DNA of 64,000 bases from Gammaproteobacteria bacterium (GTDB lineage: Bacteria; Pseudomonadota; Gammaproteobacteria; Eutrophobiales; Eutrophobiaceae): positions 3,392,001 through 3,456,000 of the forward strand of contig CBDCTH010000012.1 of NCBI GenBank assembly GCA_965222155.1, given 5' to 3'. The position numbers and the translations under genes were made by a program. This document shows, piece by piece, positions 19,525-28,945 of the stretch (positions are counted from its first letter, which is position 1; the number at the start of each line of letters is the position of its first letter). The notes under the pieces were generated by a model. It had not been told where the DNA came from. It was given only the letters and a program-made list of their open reading frames with translations, and did no database searches.

Positions 19525-19998
19525 ATGACTCAAGACCTTGAACAACAGGTCGCCTGGTTAACGGCGACCGAAAACGTCAGAACTGTCATAGCGAAATATG
19601 CTAGGGCAGGGGACGATCAAAACAACCCGGAGCAGATGCGCCAATTGTTAGCGGAAGACGCGATCTGGGAAGCGAAGGGATTTGGAAAATTCACCGGCAG
19701 GGACATCATTGCCGAAGAGTTGTCGAAAATCGCTCAGGAAATGATCATCTGGTCGTTGCACTTCCCGGTTTCCCCCATTATCGATATTGCGGATGATCTC
19801 AATTCCGCCCATGCCTTCTGGTGGTTATGGGAACTGACGACTATGCGCGGGGACGCGGACGAAGAGGAAAGCAACTGGCTGGCCGCCACCTACGAATGTG
19901 ATTTCATCCGCGCCGCGGATGGATGGAAGATCAAGCACCTGATACTGGAAGTGAAAAAAGTCGTCCCGTATCAAGATGTACCCAGTGAGATAGTGTGA
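19525..19998 (+). CDS. SnoaL/NTF2-like protein
   Basis: YARAGD, AEDAIWE, GRD.I, Y..DF.R..DGWKI. Confidence 0.85.
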   Translation: MTQDLEQQVAWLTATENVRTVIAKYARAGDDQNNPEQMRQLLAEDAIWEAKGFGKFTGRDIIAEELSKIAQEMIIWSLHFPVSPIIDIADDLNSAHAFWWLWELTTMRGDADEEESNWLAATYECDFIRAADGWKIKHLILEVKKVVPYQDVPSEIV

Positions 19999-20094
19999 TG
20001 GGGTCAGGTCGCACATTGCACACGCTGCACATGTAACCGGGGTCAGGTCGCACATGCACTCAGCGTGTGCAATGTGCGACCTGACCCCATCACA
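19994..20094. repeat. REP-like element with perfect 34-bp inverted arms and an internal partial copy
   Basis: TGTGATGGGGTCAGGTCGCACATTGCACACGCTG at 19994-20027, reverse complement at 20061-20094. Confidence 0.85.
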
Positions 20095-20111
20095 GAGGAG
20101 ATAACACTGTA

Positions 20112-21239
20112 ATGACCGTTAAAGCCGACGAATACATCCGTATTGATCGTACCCGACAACTGGGTGAAGAACCCGAAACAGGACACAACCGCTGGCACCC
20201 GGATATCAAACCGGCCGCCGAGGTCGATCCGGGCCAGATTGTCGGCATGGAAACGCGGGATGCCTTTGACGGGCAATTGAACCCGGAAACCACGCCAGAA
20301 GAGGTGGCTGCCGCCAACCTGAACCTGGTGCATCCCCTGACCGGTCCCGTTTACGTCAACGGTGCGGAACCCGGCGATATCCTGGAGGTTAAAATCCATG
20401 AAGTGGTGCCGGAACCGTTCGCCTTCACCGTACAGATACCCGGTTTCGGCTTCCTGCGTGACCTTTTTTTGGAACCGTTTATCATCCATTGGGATATTGC
20501 AGACGGTTTCGCTGTTTCCGCGGACTTGCCCGGCGTGAAAATCCCGGGCGCGCCTTTCATGGGCGTCATGGGCCTGGCGCCATCCCATGAACTGCTGGAA
20601 GAGATCAATAAAAGGGAAGCCGACCTGCAGGCCCGCGGCGGCATGGTATTACTGCCCGATACGGCTGATGCCGTGCCCCGGGAACCGGGTATTGCCGCCA
20701 AAGCCGTGCGTACCGTTGCTCCCCATGAAACCGGCGGCAACGTGGATATCAAACAGTTGACCGCAGGCACCACGGTGAGGTTTCCCGTCTACACGCCGGG
20801 GGCCTTGTTCTCGGTAGGCGACTCCCATTTCGCCCAGGGGGACAATGAAAGCTGCGGCACCGCAGTGGAAATGAGCGCGACGTTTTATGGTTCTTTCAGC
20901 TTGTTGAAAGGGGAAGCGGCAAAACGCAATATAAAAGACATTCAGTTCTATCGCGATGATTACTTTACCTCGCCGGAGATGGCCGTCCCGCAACGATTTT
21001 TTGCGACTACCGGCCAATCCTGCCGCAAAGACGGCGTGGCGGAAGCGGAGGACACCACCCTGGCCGCGCGCAACGCCCTGCTCAACATGATTGAATACCT
21101 GGTCAGTGAACGGGGCTACAGCGAACAACAGGCTTACGCAATATGCAGTGTCGCGGTGGATCTGCGGATATCCGAAATGGTGGATGTCCCGAATTTTGTC
21201 GTCTCCGCCTTCCTGCCCCTGAATATCTTTACCGAGTAA
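20112..21239 (+). CDS. Acetamidase/formamidase family protein
   Basis: HNRWHPDI, HPLTGPVYV.GAEPGD, GGNVDI, GDSHFAQGD.E.CG.AVEM and VDVPN. Confidence 0.93.
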   Translation: MTVKADEYIRIDRTRQLGEEPETGHNRWHPDIKPAAEVDPGQIVGMETRDAFDGQLNPETTPEEVAAANLNLVHPLTGPVYVNGAEPGDILEVKIHEVVPEPFAFTVQIPGFGFLRDLFLEPFIIHWDIADGFAVSADLPGVKIPGAPFMGVMGLAPSHELLEEINKREADLQARGGMVLLPDTADAVPREPGIAAKAVRTVAPHETGGNVDIKQLTAGTTVRFPVYTPGALFSVGDSHFAQGDNESCGTAVEMSATFYGSFSLLKGEAAKRNIKDIQFYRDDYFTSPEMAVPQRFFATTGQSCRKDGVAEAEDTTLAARNALLNMIEYLVSERGYSEQQAYAICSVAVDLRISEMVDVPNFVVSAFLPLNIFTE

Positions 21240-21244
21240 ACGAC

Positions 21245-22480
21245 ATGGCGGCAGCAGTCGATCAGATTAAACAGGCAATGCCATTCACTACCCGCTATCC
21301 TGAGTTGGGTACGGGTCCCGTCGATGTCAGGCCGTTGATTGACCCGGAATTATTCGAACTGGAACGGGAACGTATTTTCAAACAGGTCTGGTTATGCGTC
21401 GCCCGGGGCGAAGAACTTGCTGAGCCCGGTGACTACAAGCTGCGGCGCCTGGACGTGGCAAATACCTCCGTGATTATCGTCCGGGATAAGAATGGCGAAG
21501 TGCATGCATTCCACAACATCTGTAGCCATCGCGGCAACAAACTCATCCCGGAACAGGACGCGCAGTCATTGGGCCATGCACAGACGCATACCTTCACCTG
21601 CCGCTTTCATGCCTGGACCTTCAATACGGACGGTACCTTGCGCGGGGTCGCGCGCCAGGAGAGTTTCGCCAACCTGGATAAATCCTGCCTGGGACTGAAA
21701 CGTATACACTGCGCCGAGTGGGAAGGGTTTATCTTCATCAATCTTGCGGAACAGCCGCGCCAGAGCCTGGTTGATTACCTTGACGGCATGGCCGGGCATT
21801 TCTCCGGTTATCCGTATCACGAAGCGACCTATCGATTGCGTTATTCAACCGTACTGAATTGCAACTGGAAGGTAGCCCTGTATGCTTTTTCAGAGGCTTA
21901 TCATGTTCCGACCATACACGCAGGCACGTTTCCCAGCCTGGCAACGCTGGAGCATGCCGAGTTCCGTTGTTTCGGCCCTCACAGTTCATCCGCTTTGTAT
22001 GTGCCGCCGGTAGCGGGGATGCAACCAACGCCGGTGACGGCAAATCTCGGAGGGCGGTTGAGAACGTCAGGCCGGCACCGACCCCACCTTGAGTTATTGC
22101 CGGAAAATATCAATCCGGACAAGCGGGAAGACTTCCAGTTTGAGTTCCCCGTGTTTTTCCCCAATTTCGTTCTCCACCTGTGCGCCGGTAACGGTTATCC
22201 TGGCATGGCCTATTTTCACCATCAATTCTGGCCCATCGCGGTGGACAAAACCCTGTGGGAAGGCACGAACTATTTCAGGCCGCCTGAAACCGTCAGCGAA
22301 CGGGTTGCGATCGCCCACACCAATGCCCTGCACCGCAATGCCTGGCTGGAAGACACCTCGACCATGGAAGATACCTACCAGGCGCTGGCTTCCGGTGTCC
22401 TGGAGGAAATGCTATTGATGGATGAGGAACTGATGATCAGGAACACCCATAAACACTGGCACGATTACATGGGCGTTTAA
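21245..22480 (+). CDS. Rieske ring-hydroxylating oxygenase alpha subunit (paralog 2)
   Basis: CSH...CRFH; EAYHVPTIH; RNAWLEDT shared with paralog 1; start moved to ATG 21245. Confidence 0.93.
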   Translation: MAAAVDQIKQAMPFTTRYPELGTGPVDVRPLIDPELFELERERIFKQVWLCVARGEELAEPGDYKLRRLDVANTSVIIVRDKNGEVHAFHNICSHRGNKLIPEQDAQSLGHAQTHTFTCRFHAWTFNTDGTLRGVARQESFANLDKSCLGLKRIHCAEWEGFIFINLAEQPRQSLVDYLDGMAGHFSGYPYHEATYRLRYSTVLNCNWKVALYAFSEAYHVPTIHAGTFPSLATLEHAEFRCFGPHSSSALYVPPVAGMQPTPVTANLGGRLRTSGRHRPHLELLPENINPDKREDFQFEFPVFFPNFVLHLCAGNGYPGMAYFHHQFWPIAVDKTLWEGTNYFRPPETVSERVAIAHTNALHRNAWLEDTSTMEDTYQALASGVLEEMLLMDEELMIRNTHKHWHDYMGV

Positions 22481-22485
22481 CCTGT

Positions 22486-22827
22486 ATGGCCCTGTTACAT
22501 GAACAATTTTCCCTGTTAGAACCCTTTGTTGAGCACTGGGCCTTCCCTACTGAGCTACAGCGCTCACAACAGCGCTGGAACGCCGGTCCGGATGATTACA
22601 GGCGATTTTATGAGGCTATGTTGCCGTTACTGGATCAGGTGCTGGAGTACCTGGACCGGTTCAAGCCGGGAGAAGTGCCGGCGCCGGCATTGCCGCTCTA
22701 TCACCTGGCGCTGGCCTTTGCCGAAGCAGCGCCTCATAACGAACTGTACGATTGCAGCAATACGGTCCCGAACAGTTTTGCCGCCCACCGTTTTGTGGCG
22801 GCTCACGGGGAAGTAATCGATCGCTAA
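22486..22827 (+). CDS. Small helical protein co-encoded with the Rieske oxygenase (copy 2)
   Basis: Same length (113 aa) and motifs as 19181-19522. Confidence 0.8.
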   Translation: MALLHEQFSLLEPFVEHWAFPTELQRSQQRWNAGPDDYRRFYEAMLPLLDQVLEYLDRFKPGEVPAPALPLYHLALAFAEAAPHNELYDCSNTVPNSFAAHRFVAAHGEVIDR

Positions 22828-22833
22828 AACACA

Positions 22834-23049
22834 ATTCCTGCGAAGCCTGCCCGTGCCTGCTGCAGGTAGGGGCAGGGATCCATAACAACACCAGCATCAA
22901 TTAGATTCCCGCTTGCGCGGGAATGGGGATCTGCGCATGAAACCCGGGGAACAAAACAACTTGGATTCCCGCGCGCGCAGGAATGGGACTATTACCATTC
23001 CTGCGAAAGTTTACCCCTGTATGCTGTTGAGCAGGGGCAGGAATCCAGT
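22834..23049. repeat. Cluster of ATTCC-N-GGAAT REP-like hairpins with nested GCCTGCCCC units
   Basis: Four related hairpins in alternating orientation between convergent genes. Confidence 0.75.
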
Positions 23050-23076
23050 AGAAAAATATTCCTTATTTACGCGCGA

Positions 23077-23559
23077 TTACTCTTCAAAATTACTCTTAAT
23101 AGTGGAAAGGCCACCGTCGTAGATACCGTTGATGACTTCCATGGCCTCATCACCTGTTGCGCCCTCGGCAAGGAATGTGGATGACCAGTTAATCGTTGTG
23201 CCTTCAGCATCTCCTTCGGCCTGAAAAGTTGAAGAGTAATCCTTGACCGGCAACGGGCCTTCGATGATTGTATAGGAATACCCGTTAGCCATATCGCCGT
23301 CGTGCCTTTCCTTGAGTTGTGCCCCATCTCCCAGAGTGAGAATCCGGTATGTGTCACCGTCCTCTTCGGTTATTTCGCAGGTTTCAACTGCGGGATGCCA
23401 GGTTGCTATAGCGCAAAAATCTCCTGCATAGCCCCAGACATCGTCGAGACCGGCATTGATAGTCATGGATTTGTTGACCTCGAGGCTTGTCGGTTCTTCG
23501 GTACCACAACCCGATATGATCAATATCATTGATGCTAAAATGATCGTGAATTGTTTCAT
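23077..23559 (-). CDS. SRPBCC/MxaD-like lipoprotein
   Basis: Lipobox IISGC; WHPAV, R.LTL.DG, YSY.I..GPLPV..Y. Confidence 0.85.
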   Translation of the reverse strand: MKQFTIILASMILIISGCGTEEPTSLEVNKSMTINAGLDDVWGYAGDFCAIATWHPAVETCEITEEDGDTYRILTLGDGAQLKERHDGDMANGYSYTIIEGPLPVKDYSSTFQAEGDAEGTTINWSSTFLAEGATGDEAMEVINGIYDGGLSTIKSNFEE

Positions 23560-23666
23560 GGCAAACTCCTTTAACGTTATGTTGTTGAGATAATTCCCCA
23601 GTGGCGGATTATAGGCCGGGAGAGGGGAGTATCATATAGGAATTTTCCCCGAATCCATAAGACAAA

Positions 23667-24950
23667 ATGGCATTGAATTTAAATAGACTCGATCTTGTTA
23701 CTGCCGCTAAGGGCATCGCCACAGGTGAATTCACCTCAGAGGAACTGGTGACAACCTGCCTTGAACGCATCCACGCAAGAGATGACCAGGTAAAGGCCTG
23801 GGCCTGGCTGGACTCGGAGCAAGCGCTGGCCCAGGCTGGCGCCTGTGATGAACGACCTGCAATAACACCTCTGCACGGAATACCCGTCGGTATAAAAGAC
23901 ATTATCAACACGGTGAATATGCCGACCTGTTACGGGTCACAGGTTTATGCCGGTCACTATCCCACTGAGGAGGCTGAGTGTATCCGCCTGCTGCAACAGG
24001 CCGGGGCGGTGATTTTGGGGAAGACAGTCACCACGGAATTTGCCTTTTATGCACCGGGCAACACCGCAAACCCCCATAACCTCGAGCATACGCCGGGGGG
24101 TTCGTCCAGCGGTTCCGCCGCCGCGGTGGCAGATTTTCATGTGCCGGTTGCCCTGGGCACGCAAACCTCGGGCTCAATTATTCGACCGGCGAGTTTTAAC
24201 GGTATCTTTGGTTATAAGCCGACCTATAATTCTTATTCGGTCTATGGTATCCACCCTTTGGCGCGGGAACTCGATACTCTGGGCGCGTTCGCCCGCTCTC
24301 CCGCGGATCTTTGCCTGCTGCACGGCGTGCTTTCAAAAAAGGCAATTCCGCTACCGGAAGCGACGCGGCCCAGCTCGGTTGCATTCGTCAGAACACCCGC
24401 TTGGGACGGCGCCGATACGCTGACGCAAAACAGCGTAGCCGACTTCGCCAGACGATTAAAACAGGCAGGCATTGAGGTCATTGAACCGGATGAGCGCCTG
24501 TTGTATGACCTGATGGAGGTTCAACAGGCGTATCTTGCCCGGGGCGCCAGCCAGTCACTGGGGCAGATTACGGATAGCCATCCTGACAAAGTCAAACCAC
24601 AAACCCGGGACCTGGTTGCAGAAGGCCGGAAGGTGGATGAGTCGTTCAACCCAAGACTGCAAGCTGCCCTGGCCAGGGGAGAGCGCTTCCTTTCCGAGGT
24701 ATTTTCCAAGGTGGACCTGATTATCACCCCCAGCGCGCCGGGAGAAGCGCCGGCGGGTCTGAGTAATACGGGTAACCCCATGTTTAACCGGATATGGACT
24801 TTTCTACAAACCCCCTGTATGAATATACCGCTGACAAAAGGCGAGAGCGGGTTGCCCATCGGCGTGCAGTTGGTCTGCAATAATCAGGAAGATGTACGAT
24901 TATTTGCCTATTGTGCGTACCTGCAAAATTTCGGGAATTGTAAAGAATAG
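23667..24950 (+). CDS. Amidase-signature family enzyme
   Basis: PLHGIPVGIKD, GGSSSGS and GTQTSGSIIRPA. Confidence 0.95.
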   Translation: MALNLNRLDLVTAAKGIATGEFTSEELVTTCLERIHARDDQVKAWAWLDSEQALAQAGACDERPAITPLHGIPVGIKDIINTVNMPTCYGSQVYAGHYPTEEAECIRLLQQAGAVILGKTVTTEFAFYAPGNTANPHNLEHTPGGSSSGSAAAVADFHVPVALGTQTSGSIIRPASFNGIFGYKPTYNSYSVYGIHPLARELDTLGAFARSPADLCLLHGVLSKKAIPLPEATRPSSVAFVRTPAWDGADTLTQNSVADFARRLKQAGIEVIEPDERLLYDLMEVQQAYLARGASQSLGQITDSHPDKVKPQTRDLVAEGRKVDESFNPRLQAALARGERFLSEVFSKVDLIITPSAPGEAPAGLSNTGNPMFNRIWTFLQTPCMNIPLTKGESGLPIGVQLVCNNQEDVRLFAYCAYLQNFGNCKE

Positions 24951-25070
24951 TTGACAGAAGACGCAACTACGCGACCGTGCGCGCTCATGGCGAAACAACG
25001 GATTCAGGAAGTACCGTTCCAGTCAGAAGATCCGGAACTCGCACCGGGCGCAACAGAATCTCTGTTTGTG

Positions 25071-25541
25071 TCACTGGCTCTGGTCAGGAATCATCGTGAA
25101 CTCGTTGATTTGGCTCGTGGATTGAGGCTTCATAGTGATATGGATGTGGCATTTGATCTGTGCGGTACGTCCAATCTCGAGCGGGCTTTTGGCCAGTGCG
25201 TGTACGATCAGCCGCCTCGGTATTCGTTGTCCACTGTTAGTCGTAATATGCTTCCGCATGGTCGTTCTGCAATAACTATCCGCACTAGAATTAGAAGGTG
25301 AGGGATCCTTGAACGCCCTTCCGCCCATTGTGGTCGTATCAAGGACATAACCCGGGTCAGCATTGATCACGCCCCGCTCGCTGCAAGACTTGCGTCCGGT
25401 CAGATCAGTTGCCTCGGTTGTACAACTTACCACCAACGATCTGGTCAATGTCCCTGCCTGCGCGCTAAGAGCGAACACGGCGCTCAGAGACATTATGCAC
25501 AGCATAACGAAGCATGTAGCGGCTTGTTTCATCAGTACCAT
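25071..25541 (-). CDS. Secreted Cys-containing hypothetical protein
   Basis: Signal peptide ending AQA; four Cys in the mature region; GGAGG RBS. Confidence 0.6.
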   Translation of the reverse strand: MVLMKQAATCFVMLCIMSLSAVFALSAQAGTLTRSLVVSCTTEATDLTGRKSCSERGVINADPGYVLDTTTMGGRAFKDPSPSNSSADSYCRTTMRKHITTNSGQRIPRRLIVHALAKSPLEIGRTAQIKCHIHITMKPQSTSQINEFTMIPDQSQ

Positions 25542-25871
25542 CCTCCGGTCGCAATAAACTTCACAGTCATTCCCGTGGAATAACCACCCATCCAGTATAG
25601 CACAGAGCGTGGTCTCTCATTTGACTTCCTCTTGACTATGCCAATCGATACTTGATTGTACCCTCCCGGTAGAGGAAGTCAGGGGCTTGTATGGGTTCAC
25701 CAGGCCAAATTGTAAGGTGGGCGCGCGGGGCGCGCCTGCTTTACAACATGTCAGAGGCTGTTCTGGAAACATTTTTGATCCAAGGGCAGGCATAGGAGGA
25801 GCCTTGTTGCATTGGATTCTGGTATTCATCAGAATGACGCTAAAATACGCAAGTAAAAATTTTAACGGAGT

Positions 25872-27221
25872 GTGGAGATGACAACCTTGACAACTAAAGA
25901 CGTTCCGCTGAGCCAAGCGCAGAAGCAGTGGTATGAAGCGGCCCGTGATAAAATTGACCTGGAGCGCCTGAAGCAACTGATCTTTGATTTGACTGCCAAA
26001 CACAGTCCAACTGGCGCCGAGCGGGAGGCTTGTGAATTCATGGCCGATTACCTGAACAGTGTAGGTATCAAGGCGCATTATCAACCTATCACGGATATTT
26101 CAGGTAACTGTTACGGCCGGGTAAAGGGATCAGGAGACGGCCCTACGCTGATGCTGTATGCGCCCATCGATACCCTGCTGGAAGGGGATCCGGAAAAAGA
26201 TACTCCCCATGCCGGTCCGCTACACCGGGCCGATATGCGGCCTGAGCCTTATATCGACGGCGACTTGGTTATCGGCCTGGGCGCTTCCAATCCTAAATCC
26301 ATGATTGCCCTGTTAACTGAGGCATTGACCTGCGTGGTAGAAGCGGCGGTGGACTTGAAGGGTGATGTGATCATCGCCACGGCAGGCGGAGGCATGCCCT
26401 GGATAGTGCCGGAGCGAAACCATGCCGGCATCAGTAACGGCGTGAACCACCTGCTTTCCCACGGTGTGACCGCGGATTTCGGTGTGATCTGTAAACCCTG
26501 GGATGATATTTACTATGAACATCCGGGCATGGTCTGGTTCAAGGTCACCGTCTGGGGAACCATGGGCTATGCCGGCATTCCGCGCGGGGTGCCGGGCTTT
26601 CGCAGTTCAATCATTCCCGCGGCAAAAGTCATCCTGGATCTGGAGGAATGGCTGGAGGAGTATCCGGACAAACATACCAGCGACCAGGTGAAACCGCAGG
26701 GCTGGATCTCCGCGTTACGTTGCGGCTGGCCGGATAAACCGGCATTTCCCGGCGCCGCGACCGAGCTCTGGCTTGACGTGCGCACCAGTCCCCTGCAGAA
26801 GGCGGCCCAGGTTGAACGGGAATTTGACCAGGTCATGAAGACCATACTGGACAGGCATGACGATGTGGAGGCGGAATGGGAAACTATCGTGACCTGTGAT
26901 GCGTCAGCAACCGATCCGGAGCACTGGGTGGTGCAGTCAGCGTTGCGCGCCTGGAGAGAAGTGCACGGCAAACCCTACCCCGGCGCTCCGCACATGGCAG
27001 GACAGACCGACGCTGCAACCATAAACCGCACCGGTTTTCCCCTGGTGCGCATCGGCTATACCTGGCTGGGCGAGAAGGAGATGCCGGAAGAGTTTACCGA
27101 AGGTCTGGGCGGCATGGGAGTTGCCTGTGTACCCGATTTGGAGAACTCCATCAAGGAAGCGATATATACTGTCATTGATTCCTGCACCCGTACCCGGGAA
27201 GAAGTCGGGTTGACGGATTAA
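25872..27221 (+). CDS. M20/ArgE-like protein with non-canonical metal site
   Basis: SPTGAE, GDGPTLMLYAPIDT, GLGASNPK and GQTDA in M20 layout. Confidence 0.75.
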   Translation: MEMTTLTTKDVPLSQAQKQWYEAARDKIDLERLKQLIFDLTAKHSPTGAEREACEFMADYLNSVGIKAHYQPITDISGNCYGRVKGSGDGPTLMLYAPIDTLLEGDPEKDTPHAGPLHRADMRPEPYIDGDLVIGLGASNPKSMIALLTEALTCVVEAAVDLKGDVIIATAGGGMPWIVPERNHAGISNGVNHLLSHGVTADFGVICKPWDDIYYEHPGMVWFKVTVWGTMGYAGIPRGVPGFRSSIIPAAKVILDLEEWLEEYPDKHTSDQVKPQGWISALRCGWPDKPAFPGAATELWLDVRTSPLQKAAQVEREFDQVMKTILDRHDDVEAEWETIVTCDASATDPEHWVVQSALRAWREVHGKPYPGAPHMAGQTDAATINRTGFPLVRIGYTWLGEKEMPEEFTEGLGGMGVACVPDLENSIKEAIYTVIDSCTRTREEVGLTD

Positions 27222-27227
27222 TAACTT

Positions 27228-27285
27228 AGCCCGGATTTCTCACAAGGTGAAGCGAGGACGCTTCACCTTGTGAGAAATCCGGGCT
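27228..27285. repeat. Perfect 27-bp-arm hairpin
   Basis: AGCCCGGATTTCTCACAAGGTGAAGCG-agga-reverse complement. Confidence 0.9.
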
Positions 27286-27304
27286 GGAACATGGGAGATT
27301 GATT

Positions 27305-27742
27305 ATGCCATTATCTGATCTGCATCATGTGGCGTTGAAAACACAGGATCTTGCAGCCAGCGAACAGTTCTATGTTGAAGTGCTCGGTATGGAAAAAGTG
27401 GGCCGGCCGGACTTTGATTTCCCCGGTGCCTGGTTACAGATGGGGCAGACCATGTTTCACCTGATGGCCGGGTACGCGGCTCAGGGCCCGAACGGAGAGA
27501 CTTACCGCGGCAGCGGGGCCGTCGATCACCTGGCGATCAAGGCGCAGGGTTTTGATGCGCTGCGCGAAAAATTTGAGAACTCAGGCGTCAGTTACAAGGA
27601 AAACGACATACGGGATTTCGGTATCTGGCAACTGTTCGTAAATGACCCGGATGGTGTCATCATCGAATTGAATTTTCACTGTGCCGACGAACCTGCAGGG
27701 TCCCGTGGACCAGGGCGAGCCACACTGAGCAAGACCACTTGA
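27305..27742 (+). CDS. VOC/glyoxalase family protein
   Basis: LHHVAL, FY..VLG, RPDFDFPGAW, DHLA, QLF..DPDG..IEL. Confidence 0.92.
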   Translation: MPLSDLHHVALKTQDLAASEQFYVEVLGMEKVGRPDFDFPGAWLQMGQTMFHLMAGYAAQGPNGETYRGSGAVDHLAIKAQGFDALREKFENSGVSYKENDIRDFGIWQLFVNDPDGVIIELNFHCADEPAGSRGPGRATLSKTT

Positions 27743-27750
27743 AAGAAAAA

Positions 27751-27775
27751 GGGGACAGATTTCAAATCTGTCCCC
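27751..27775. repeat. REP-like palindrome GGGGACAG family (copy 3), between convergent genes
   Basis: GGGGACAGATTTCAAATCTGTCCCC. Confidence 0.9.
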
Positions 27776-27780
27776 GGTTC

Positions 27781-28098
27781 TCATTCTTCAATTATTATAT
27801 AGATATACCCGTCTTCCCCCAGCCGGGTTTCGTACCTGTCCAGCGCCACAACGCAAGGAGGTTCGACGGGTTCTCCCGTCCTGATATCGAAGGTGCCTTC
27901 GTGATACGGGCAGACGATCTCGTTTCCCCTGACATCGCCATCGGACAGGAACGCCTGACCGTGGGTACACACATCGCTCGTGGCATAATATTCCCCTGCA
28001 AGGTTGTAGAGGGCAACCGCAGTGTCATCTTCCAGGTAGAATTGCCTAACGGAGTCGGTCTCCAGCTCGGCATGCATTATGGTTTTTACTTCAGCCAT
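27781..28098 (-). CDS. Rieske-type [2Fe-2S] ferredoxin of a ring-hydroxylating oxygenase
   Basis: CTH...LSDG...CPYH..FDIRTG. Confidence 0.95.
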   Translation of the reverse strand: MAEVKTIMHAELETDSVRQFYLEDDTAVALYNLAGEYYATSDVCTHGQAFLSDGDVRGNEIVCPYHEGTFDIRTGEPVEPPCVVALDRYETRLGEDGYIYIIIEE

Positions 28099-28238
28099 AT
28101 CAGTTTGAGGAATCGGAGATTTTTCATTATACAGCCGTCTTGATTACTCACTATATACTTAAATTCATTTGTGTTTACGCAGTCCAGTATAATACCTTAT
28201 CGAATAGTTCTGGAATCAGGATATCGGATTACTGAGAC

Positions 28239-28682
28239 ATGATTATTGAAGGTGAATATCAGCTGCCCTGCAAGGTTGCGGAAGCATGGCGGGCCTTGAA
28301 CGATCCTGAGACCCTGAAACTCTGCATTACAGGCTGTGAAAGTATCGAATTAACAGAGGAAAACAGGTATGAATGCCTGATAACTGCAAAGTATGGGCCG
28401 GTGAAAACCCGCTTCAAAACCGTCCTGAACGTGACCAATATCAATGAACCCTATTCGTATACGCTGACAGGCGAAGGAAAAGGCGGTGTTGCCGGTTTCG
28501 GCAAGGGTAAGGCAGACGTCCAACTGAGCCCGGACGGTGATGACACGCGGCTTTGTTACCAGGCGGAATTGTCCGTAGGGGGTAAGCTGGCACAGGTAGG
28601 TTCCAGGCTGATTGCCGCCACAACCAGGAAGCTGGCAAATGATTTCTTCTCCCGTTTCTCCGCAGAACTCACTGACAAATGA
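28239..28682 (+). CDS. coxG: CoxG-like SRPBCC protein
   Basis: W.ALNDP..L..CI.GC, GEGKGGVAGF and GGKLAQVGSRLI. Confidence 0.88.
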   Translation: MIIEGEYQLPCKVAEAWRALNDPETLKLCITGCESIELTEENRYECLITAKYGPVKTRFKTVLNVTNINEPYSYTLTGEGKGGVAGFGKGKADVQLSPDGDDTRLCYQAELSVGGKLAQVGSRLIAATTRKLANDFFSRFSAELTDK

Positions 28683-28701
28683 CAGCAAACGAATTAGTTA
28701 G

Positions 28702-28854
28702 GAAAACTCTGAACAAGTCCATCCTGAACTTGTTCAGAGTACGCAAAACAACAAGTGCGAATTTTGTTTTGCTCCCAAAATCAATGACATATAGTCATTG
28801 ATTTTGACGGTACATCCCTGTACCGTAGGAACCTCTGACTTAATCAGAGGTTTC
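28702..28854. mobile_element. 153-bp MITE with IS5-like ends and TTAG target duplication
   Basis: IRs GAAAACTCTGAACAAGTC / GACTTAATCAGAGGTTTC; TTAG at 28698-28701 and 28855-28858; five internal hairpins. Confidence 0.75.
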
Positions 28855-28945
28855 TTAGTATTGAGTTTAAATTAACTTTCTATTTAAATTCAATGACGAT
28901 GTTATACTCCAACGTAGTTAATCAAGCAATTGACGAGGTTTCGGT

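Noticed and set aside
21143-21244. N-terminal extension of Rieske paralog 2
   Set aside because: Overlaps the formamidase gene; ATG 21245 matches the start of paralog 1
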